The translations under genes and the position numbers were made by a program. DNA of 32,000 nucleotides from Gemmata obscuriglobus (GTDB lineage: Bacteria > Planctomycetota > Planctomycetia > Gemmatales > Gemmataceae), in NCBI RefSeq assembly GCF_008065095.1, contig NZ_CP042911.1, positions 5,520,001 to 5,552,000 on the forward strand, written 5' to 3'. The stretch's first letter is position 1; the number at the start of each line of letters is the position of its first letter. Shown here piece after piece: positions 23,718-30,891 of the stretch. The notes below the pieces were generated by a model that ran no database searches, was not told where the DNA came from, and saw only the letters and a program-made list of their open reading frames with translations.

Positions 23718-25112
23718 ATGAGAACCGGACGCGCGCCGCTCGCCCTCGGGTGCCTCGTATTGGGGCTGTTCGGTGGGCTCTTCGCCGCCCAGCAACTCGT
23801 GGGTCAGCCGCCGCCGGTTCCGAAACTCGACCCGCCACTCCCCGGGCGCGAGTGGCAGTCGTTCGCCCCTGTTGTGAAGCGCGTGCTGCCGGGCGTGGTG
23901 TGCATTGAAGGCAAAGGCCGGCCGAAGCGCGCCGTGGGCGAAGACACGGATCCCGGGTTCGGCTCCGGCGTACTCATCAATGCGTCCGGAAGCGTTCTCA
24001 CCAACAACCACGTCGTCAGCGACCTGGAATCGGTGGACGTGACGCTTCACGACGGCCGCAAGTTCACCACCAGCGACATCCGACGCGACCCGAAAACGGA
24101 CCTCGCGCTCGTGAAGATCGAATCGAAAGCCCCCCTGCCCTTCCTCGAGCTGGCCGACAGCGACGAGATGGAAGTCGGTGACCGCGTGCTGGCGGTCGGT
24201 GCCCCGTTCGGGCTGACCGGTTCGGTGACAAGCGGAATCGTCAGCGCGAAAAGCCGCAACAACCTGAAGCTGAACCAGTTCGAGGATTTCCTCCAGACGG
24301 ACGCCGCGATGAACCCGGGTAACAGCGGCGGCCCGCTCGTCAACCTGGACGGAAAGGTGATCGGCCTCACCTCCGCGATCAAGACCCGCACCGGCGGGTT
24401 CCAGGGCGTCGGGCTCGCGGTTTCGAGCAACCTGGCGAAGAAGATCGCCGCCGACCTGCTGAAAACCGGCGTGGTGAAGCGGTCCTTCTTCGGCGTTACC
24501 GTCCGCGACCTCGACGCCGAAACCGCGAAGAGGGCCGGGGCGCCGTCCACGAACGGCGTGGCAGTAACCTCGGTGCTCGACGAATCGCCGGCGGCCAAGG
24601 CCGGTGTGGTAGCGGGGGACGTGATCACAAAAATCAACGGCGCGCCGGTCAAAGACCCGCGCGACCTCCAGCGGATCACCACCGCGCTTCCGGCGGGTCA
24701 GGTGGTGGATGTGCTGCTGTGGCGCGAGGGGAAGTTTTACATCGGAAAGGTCACAATCGAGGAGGAGCGGGCGGCCCTGAAGCCCGAAGCGCCGGCGGCG
24801 CCCGCGGTGAGCGGCGCGACCGCCGAAACGGTGGGCGTGACGGTAACCGAGCTGACCGCCGAAGCGGTCAAGCGGAACGGCTGGCCCCAGGGGTTGAAGG
24901 GCGCCATCGTCACGGACGTGAAGCGCAACAGCTTGGCTGAAATGGCCGGGCTCGGGCGCGGCGCGATCGTGCTCAAAGTGGACAAGACGCCCGTCACCAC
25001 GGCCGCAACGTTCGACGCCGCGCTCCGCGCCGCCAGCATCGAGAAAGGGGCACTGCTCCACGTACTGAAGCAAAACGGCGACGTGGACTTCCTCGTCTTG
25101 AAGTTGAAATAG
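23718..25112 (+). CDS. Do/DegP/HtrA family serine endoprotease with two PDZ domains
   Basis: The signal-anchor is MRTGRAPLALGCLVLGLFGG. Catalytic motifs TNNHVV, D(LALVKI) and GNSGGPL are present. Two PDZ-like segments follow. Confidence 0.9.
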   Translation: MRTGRAPLALGCLVLGLFGGLFAAQQLVGQPPPVPKLDPPLPGREWQSFAPVVKRVLPGVVCIEGKGRPKRAVGEDTDPGFGSGVLINASGSVLTNNHVVSDLESVDVTLHDGRKFTTSDIRRDPKTDLALVKIESKAPLPFLELADSDEMEVGDRVLAVGAPFGLTGSVTSGIVSAKSRNNLKLNQFEDFLQTDAAMNPGNSGGPLVNLDGKVIGLTSAIKTRTGGFQGVGLAVSSNLAKKIAADLLKTGVVKRSFFGVTVRDLDAETAKRAGAPSTNGVAVTSVLDESPAAKAGVVAGDVITKINGAPVKDPRDLQRITTALPAGQVVDVLLWREGKFYIGKVTIEEERAALKPEAPAAPAVSGATAETVGVTVTELTAEAVKRNGWPQGLKGAIVTDVKRNSLAEMAGLGRGAIVLKVDKTPVTTAATFDAALRAASIEKGALLHVLKQNGDVDFLVLKLK

Positions 25113-25143
25113 CTCGCGCCTCACCGTTCGCCCGGAGCGCCCG

Positions 25144-25608
25144 ATGGTCCCACTTCCGACACTCGACGCACTCGATCTGGTCACGATCCCGACACCATGC
25201 ACGGTGCCCTGGGACCAGATGAGCGGGGACTCCCGCACGCGATTCTGCGACCAGTGCCGGAAAAACGTCCACGACGTGAGCGAACTGACCCGCGCCGAGG
25301 CCCTTGACCTGCTGTCCGCAAGCGACCGGTCGCCGTGCCTGCGGGTCTACCGACGCCCCGACGGACGCGTCCTCACCGCCGACTGTTCCACGCCCCGGGA
25401 GCGGATCTGGAAGTGGCTCGACCGCCGCTCCCAGTGGGCCGCAGCCCTGTTCGCGCTGCTGTTCTTCACGGGCTGCGACATGGTGGGAGCGCCCAAGTGC
25501 TCGACGGGCGAAGCCGCACCACCCGGGGCGCCGCAACCAGTCGCGCCGGTCGTTACCGACGGCGCCGTGAGCATTGCCCTCGGTGCGGCGGAAGCCACCG
25601 AGAGATAG
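25144..25608 (+). CDS. Cys-rich N-terminal domain + single TM protein, hypothetical
   Basis: 154 aa, starting 31 nt after the htrA stop. It contains C-x15-C-x2-C (PCTVPWDQMSGDSRTRFCDQCRKNVHDVS), then the hydrophobic WAAALFALLFFTGC segment, then a Pro/Ala-rich tail. Confidence 0.65.
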   Translation: MVPLPTLDALDLVTIPTPCTVPWDQMSGDSRTRFCDQCRKNVHDVSELTRAEALDLLSASDRSPCLRVYRRPDGRVLTADCSTPRERIWKWLDRRSQWAAALFALLFFTGCDMVGAPKCSTGEAAPPGAPQPVAPVVTDGAVSIALGAAEATER

Positions 25609-25980
25609 CGGCAAATTAAATATCGAACGTTACATAATCTTAATTACGAACCAAGAGCCTTTCCCCAGCTTGCCCATGCAGGGAGAACGGCACTCCGCCA
25701 CATCTCCTTGTGAAGAGCCTCACAGCGCATCCTGGCACCACAAGCTCTCCAAACACCTGAGCGACAGGAAGAAAACTGAAACGAAACTGCCCCGGAAGCG
25801 ATTCAGGCGCGCGGAACAGTTCCGATTATGCGCTTCGTATGAAGTGCTCTCACCGGCACGGACGATACCTGTGCTGAGCGGTGCCACGCCACGCCGACGC
25901 CTCGGTTCACGAGGGGCGCTCCGGCAAATCGAGGCGGCCGCGCGACCGAGCGGTGGGTGCGGGTGATGGGAGGCGAACCG

Positions 25981-26742
25981 ATGACGAGTGAAGACGTGCT
26001 GGCCCCGGTGAGCGAGACCGAGGCCCTGCGGCAGCAGTTGTTGCAGGCCCAGCGGCTCAGCAGCGTCGGGGAACTGGCGTCGAGCATCGCCCACGAATTC
26101 AACAACATCCTCACCACCATCATCAACTCGGCCAAGCTGGGCAGCCGCAGCCCGGACGTGGCCGAAAAGCAGATCGCGTTCGAGCGCATCGTGAAGGCCG
26201 GCCAGCGGGCCGCCGCCATCGCCGGCGGGATGCTCGGGTTCGCCCGCAAGAGCGGCACCCACCGCCAGAACTGCGACGTGGCGCGGCTCGTCGAAGAGGT
26301 CCTGATCCTGACCGAAAAGGACCTGTCGAAGAACCGCGTTCACGTGGAAACGAAGTTCCACGCCCGCCCGGTGGCGTGGGTGGTGCCCGGTCAGATCGAG
26401 CAGATCCTCGTGAACTTGGTTCTGAACGCGCGGCAGGCGATGCCGAACGGCGGCCGGCTCAAGATCGAGGTGCGCGACAGCCTCGACGCCGACACGGTCG
26501 AGATCAAAGTGGCCGACACCGGCGTGGGCATCGCCCCGGACCAGTTGCGCCTGATCTTCGAGCCGTTCTTCACCACGAAGCAGCCCGACGAGTACGGGCG
26601 CGGCGGCACCGGGCTGGGGTTAAGTGTGTGCCGCCAGATCATCGAACAGCACCACGGCCGCATCCGCGTCGAGAGCGTCGCCGGTAAGGGCTCCACGTTC
26701 ACCGTGAAGCTCCCGAAGCGGCTCACTGACGACCCCGAGTAA
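25981..26742 (+). CDS. minimal cytoplasmic sensor histidine kinase (HisKA + HATPase_c only)
   Basis: ORF 25957..26742, started at the ATG at 25981 after GGGAGG. It has an H-box (SSIAHEFNNILTTI), an N-box (LNARQAM), G1 (DTGVGI) and G2 (GGTGLGLS). There is no TM or sensor domain. Confidence 0.85.
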   Translation: MTSEDVLAPVSETEALRQQLLQAQRLSSVGELASSIAHEFNNILTTIINSAKLGSRSPDVAEKQIAFERIVKAGQRAAAIAGGMLGFARKSGTHRQNCDVARLVEEVLILTEKDLSKNRVHVETKFHARPVAWVVPGQIEQILVNLVLNARQAMPNGGRLKIEVRDSLDADTVEIKVADTGVGIAPDQLRLIFEPFFTTKQPDEYGRGGTGLGLSVCRQIIEQHHGRIRVESVAGKGSTFTVKLPKRLTDDPE

Positions 26743-26751
26743 AGCGGAGTG

Positions 26752-26822
26752 CGGAGCGCGTAACGCCCGGCCGCAACCACAGGAACGATGCTTGTGGTTG
26801 CGGCCGGGCGTTACGCGCTCCG
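26752..26822. terminator. perfect 30-bp stem with 11-nt loop between the convergent kinase and GT-C genes
   Basis: CGGAGCGCGTAACGCCCGGCCGCAACCACA-ggaacgatgct-TGTGGTTGCGGCCGGGCGTTACGCGCTCCG. Confidence 0.6.
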
Positions 26823-26838
26823 TTTACCATTCCGCCTT

Positions 26839-28536
26839 TTATTCGGTCCCGCGCGCCCCACCCGCGACGGCGCTGGCGGTACCGTAAACCAGTTGCCCGA
26901 CGGACCGTATCCGAACGACGTGAATGACCGCCTCGTCCTCCGACACGTTTTCGGGCCAGTGGTACACCACCGAGCTGTTCGGCTGCGCGGCCAGTTGATT
27001 GGCCTCGGAGAGTACGGGCAACCGCGAGTGCGGCGTGCGCGCGTTGTTCTCTTTCACGATGTACGTCGCGCTCGAGAACTCGGGGTTGTACCCCGACGGG
27101 CGGTACAGGGCGCGGCCGGAGTACCACGCCGCCCAGCAGAACGGATCAACGAGTGCCTCGTCCGACCTCAGGTTGGCCGCGAGCCACCGCCCCGCGTGCT
27201 TGTGGCCCTCGCGGTTCGGGTGCATCGGCTTCAGTGCAAACGGCAGCGCCCCGATTACCAAAGCGACCAGCAGCGTGGCGGCGGTGACCCGCACCCCGAA
27301 CCGCTCGACGCGCGGGAACACCTGCCCGATCGACGCCGCGAGTAGCGGCAACCCGGCGGCAGCCAACTGGCACGCGAGCAGCGTCAGCAGAACGGTGTGC
27401 CGCTCCGACACGTACCCCACCCGGGCCGCAAGGTACAGCAGCACAGTCAGGTTGCACGCCGCGAGCACGAGCAGAACCCACGGCCCGGGCTCGGCCACCA
27501 ACTTCCGACGCAGGGCGAGAACCGCGAACACCGCCAGTGGCCACACGACGTAGTTGGCGCCCTTGCTCACTTCCTTGAACACGGCGTTGACGGCCCACAC
27601 GTTCTGGGACTGCCCCGAGTCGCGGGCGTCGTTCCACCACTCGGCGAACAGCGGCCCGGACGGCGCGGCCGGCACCGCGTTCGCGCCGCGATAGACCGGT
27701 TGCGGCGGCGCGAGCAGGTTCAACATCTGGCCCGGTGACGGCTTGTTGGTGAGTTTGCCGATCAGGGCCATGTACGGCACTGCGACGAGGCAGACCCCGA
27801 CAAACAGCGCGGCCAGTCGCCCCAGCGCAATGTCGCGCGGCCACCGGCGAATCAACCCGAGCCAAAACACCACGGCCGCCGGGCCGGTGAACAGCATCAG
27901 CCCTTCGGGCCGCACGAGGTAGCTCGCGCCGATGGCGAGCCCGCACAGTAGGAAGCTGCTGATCCGCGGCGTCGTGACCGCTCGCACCGCGAAAAAGAGC
28001 GCGGTCGCGGTCGCGAGCAGGTACACGCCCTCGGTGAGGCCGTCGCTGGTGATCCGGGCCGGCACCGGGAGCACCTGGAACAGCAGCGCCGCCGCGAACC
28101 CGACGTTACGACTGAACAGCAGCCGGCCGATGAGATAAGTTGGAACCACGAGCAGCACCGCGGCCAGTGCGTTCGCGAGCTGGGCGGAAAACAGGGCGCG
28201 GTCCGCCACCGGGGCGGTTGAGACGAGGCTGACCGCCTTAAATGTCCCCCAGATGACGAGCGGGTAACCCGGCGGGTGCTCGGACTCGCGGACGAGATCG
28301 ATCGCGGTCTTCGCGCGCTCGCCCGGCCCCACCGGCACCGCCGACGGGGTCTCGTAGCAGAGCGTTTGACGCGCGAACCCGAGGCTGTCCCGGGCGGTCA
28401 GAGCCGTGTGTGACATCAGCCACACGTGGACGGACAAGGCGACCGCTGCGAGCACGGCCAACCGCAGGTAGTCCGGCCCGAACAGCGTGCGCTTGGGGGC
28501 GACAGATTCGAGCCGCGCGCCGACTGAGGCACTCAT
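26839..28536 (-). CDS. GT-C fold glycosyltransferase, family 39 / PMT_2-like (second copy)
   Basis: 565 aa and polytopic. An early loop carries DSLGFARQ...EHPPGYPL (the hPPLyP-type motif of PMT_2/ArnT-like enzymes). Confidence 0.75.
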   Translation of the reverse strand: MSASVGARLESVAPKRTLFGPDYLRLAVLAAVALSVHVWLMSHTALTARDSLGFARQTLCYETPSAVPVGPGERAKTAIDLVRESEHPPGYPLVIWGTFKAVSLVSTAPVADRALFSAQLANALAAVLLVVPTYLIGRLLFSRNVGFAAALLFQVLPVPARITSDGLTEGVYLLATATALFFAVRAVTTPRISSFLLCGLAIGASYLVRPEGLMLFTGPAAVVFWLGLIRRWPRDIALGRLAALFVGVCLVAVPYMALIGKLTNKPSPGQMLNLLAPPQPVYRGANAVPAAPSGPLFAEWWNDARDSGQSQNVWAVNAVFKEVSKGANYVVWPLAVFAVLALRRKLVAEPGPWVLLVLAACNLTVLLYLAARVGYVSERHTVLLTLLACQLAAAGLPLLAASIGQVFPRVERFGVRVTAATLLVALVIGALPFALKPMHPNREGHKHAGRWLAANLRSDEALVDPFCWAAWYSGRALYRPSGYNPEFSSATYIVKENNARTPHSRLPVLSEANQLAAQPNSSVVYHWPENVSEDEAVIHVVRIRSVGQLVYGTASAVAGGARGTE

Positions 28537-28633
28537 ACCGTTTCGCTCCTGGTAATGTGCGCAATCCGCGCGCCCGCGGACAATAAGACAAACGGCGCCG
28601 GCCCGTCAAGCCGGAGCGGCCCCCGAGGACCCC

Positions 28634-29056
28634 ATGCTCCCGATCACCGACACCATCAGCATCGCGGACGACGAGTTCGAGTGGAGCTTCGCGCGGTCCG
28701 GCGGCCCGGGCGGGCAGAACGTGAACAAGGTGGCGTCAAAGGCGGTGCTCCGCTGGAAGGCGGCCGCGACGGCGGCCGCGATTCCGCCCGGCGCAAAAGC
28801 ACGCATGCCGGTACTCTTCCCGAGCCGGTTCACGACCGAGGGGGACGTGGTCATCCAATCGCAGGCCACACGCGATCAAGAGCGGAACAAGGAGGATTGC
28901 CTGTTGAAGCTGGCCGAGATGGTGCGTGCCGCGCTCGTCGAACCCGTCGTGCGGAAGAAAACGAAGGTGTCGAAAGGGGCCAAAAAGCGCCGGGTGGCCG
29001 ACAAGCGCCGGAACTCCGAGAAGAAACAGGCCCGCCGCGCCGGCGGGGACGACTGA
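28634..29056 (+). CDS. arfB: alternative ribosome-rescue factor ArfB (peptidyl-tRNA hydrolase, RF-1 domain)
   Basis: 140 aa. It has the GGQ motif in SGGPGGQNVNKV and the basic C-terminal tail (KKTKVSKGAKKRRVADKRRNSEKKQARR) characteristic of ArfB/YaeJ. Confidence 0.9.
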   Translation: MLPITDTISIADDEFEWSFARSGGPGGQNVNKVASKAVLRWKAAATAAAIPPGAKARMPVLFPSRFTTEGDVVIQSQATRDQERNKEDCLLKLAEMVRAALVEPVVRKKTKVSKGAKKRRVADKRRNSEKKQARRAGGDD

Positions 29057-29081
29057 ATGCGTGAAAAGGCGGACACGTCAA

Positions 29082-30879
29082 CGGCATCGGTCACAGTGGG
29101 AGGGCAAGGAGGTCACGCCACGGTTTGCAGTAGGCCTTGCGGTCCTCGGGGCACGGGATAGGAAAAGCGCGGGGCGATTTCGCCGCAACTCTCGTGCGGG
29201 GCGAGTCATGAGCACACCGCGTTTCACGGCCGAGGAACTCGACCGCCTTCGAGCACTGGCGGCGGAGTGGGGCAAAATCGTTTCCAAGCGGGCGTTCGGG
29301 GACGACGGGCCGGGATTGGACGTGGACTTCCGGACGATGGAGCAGATCGCCACCGCGGCGGCACAAGGGCTCACCGAAGGTGCCCTCCAGCAGATGCTCC
29401 ACCAGCAGGCCCGGAAGGTGCCCGAACAGGTTCCGTGTCCGGTGTGTGGCGAGCCGTGCCCGACCCGACCACACACCCGCACCCTGGCGGCCCAAGGGGC
29501 CACGGTTCAACAGGCCGAACGGATCGCCCATTGTCCCGCCTGCCGGCGGGACTTTTTCCCCCCTGCGGCTGGCCCTCGGGCTGGATGAGCACGGGTACAG
29601 TTCCTCGGTCGTTCAACGCATCGTCACGGCCGCCGCCCGGTTCTCCTCGTTCCGGGATGCCGCCGAGGCGGTGCGGATGACCGGGGTCACGATCAGCGAC
29701 AACCAGGTGCGCCGACTGGCTCACGAGGTCGGGCACGAGTTGATCGCGCGGCGCGATCGGAAGGCGGTCGAGCACCGGCGCCGCCAGTTAGAGCCGCGGA
29801 CCGCGGTGGTGCCCGTGGCCGTGGTGGTCGAGGTCGATGGGGGGCGCATCCGCACCCGCGCCGCGGGCGCCGGCCCGGGTGTTCACGAGGCCCAGAACAA
29901 GGAGGACAAGGTGGCGTGCCTGGCCACCCTGAGTGGCCCCACGTTCGCCACGGACCCGTGCCCCGAGCCGCCCGAGTCGTTCCGCTGCCCGCGCCGGGTG
30001 CGGCGCCTGGTGCAGCAGATGAAGGGCCCGGCGGGCGAGGTCGCGCCCCCGGAAACCGTGGACGAATCGACGCCCCCGGTGCCGGCCGGGGAACCCGAAG
30101 GGGCCGAGCGGTGGTCCCCGACGCGGTTGGTGCGGACGTGCGTGGCGAGCCTGGAGGGGAGTACCGCGTTCGGCCCGATGATGGCCGCCGAGGCCCAGGA
30201 GCGGCGCTTCTATGAGGCCCCGCGTCGGGCGTTCGTAGCCGACGGTCAGGCGTACAACTGGACCATCTGGCGCGGGTACTTTGGTGCGTTCGAGCCGATC
30301 GTGGATTTCCTGCACGCGGTGTGTTACGTGTTCTCGTCGGCCGCGGCCGTGAGCCCCGATGAGGCGTCGGGTTGGTCCCAATACGTGGCCTGGATGCGCG
30401 CGTGCTGGCAGGGTCGCGTTGGAGAAGTGCTCACCGAACTGGATCAGTGGCAGGCGCGGCTGGGTGAGCCCCCACCGGGTGAGGCGGCGACGGCCGAGGA
30501 GCGCCGGGACCCGCGCCGGGTGGTGGCGCACGCGCGGACCTACTTGGGGAACAATCGGGATCGCATGGCGTACCCGCGATACCGGCGCAACGGGCTACCG
30601 ACGACGAGTAGCTTGGTCGAGTCACTGGTGGGCGAGATCAACGCCCGGGTGAAGAGCACACAGAAGCATTGGACCCGGCCCGACGGTGCCGAATCGATCC
30701 TGCAACTGCGGGCCGCCGTGCTGAGCCAAGACGACCGGCTCCCACGGTTCTTCGCCGAACGGCCGGGCTCCTCGTTCCGCAAACGAGATACACTCTGCCA
30801 CAAATCAGAGGGTGCCACAGCACAAACCGTGGCGTGACCTCGAGGGCAAGCTCTTGCCCTCCCACTGTGACCGATGCCG
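29082..30879 (+). mobile_element. 1798-bp insertion sequence, ISKra4-like (tentative family), with long terminal inverted repeats
   Basis: The left end, 29082-29127, is CGGCATCGGTCACAGTGGGAGGGCAAGGAGGTCACGCCACGGTTTG. It equals the reverse complement of 30823-30879, except for an 11-bp insertion (AGCTTGCCCTC) in the right end. The repeats enclose a DDE-type transposase reading frame. Confidence 0.8.
29208..30837 (+). pseudogene. IS transposase (ISKra4-like DDE), interrupted by a +1 frameshift in a T5C6 run
   Basis: Frame A (ATG at 29208) gives MSTPRFTAEELDRL...CPVCG...HCPACRRDFFP and stops at 29588. Frame B continues ...LRLALGLDEHGYSSSVVQRIV... to 30837. The two join cleanly at TTTTTCCCCCC (29553-29563) if one C is removed. 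Candidate DDE residues lie in VEVDGG, FVADGQ and VESLVGEINARVK. Confidence 0.75.
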
Positions 30880-30891
30880 CTAATCACTCGC

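Noticed and set aside
25574-25966. 130-aa ORF in the kinase upstream region
   Set aside because: Its A/T-rich third positions and Lys/Arg/Ser-rich translation are unlike any genuine gene in the window, so I treated it as non-coding.
28926-29207. N-terminal extension of the transposase frame back to 28926
   Set aside because: It would overlap the 3' end of arfB and cross the left inverted repeat of the IS at 29082. The ATG at 29208 inside the element is the sensible start.
29553-29563. Programmed -1 ribosomal frameshifting as in IS3/IS1-type transposases
   Set aside because: The downstream frame is +1, not -1, relative to the upstream frame, and there is no A6G/A7-type slippery heptamer. A mutation or a sequencing error in the C-run is more parsimonious, so I kept it only as a low-probability alternative.
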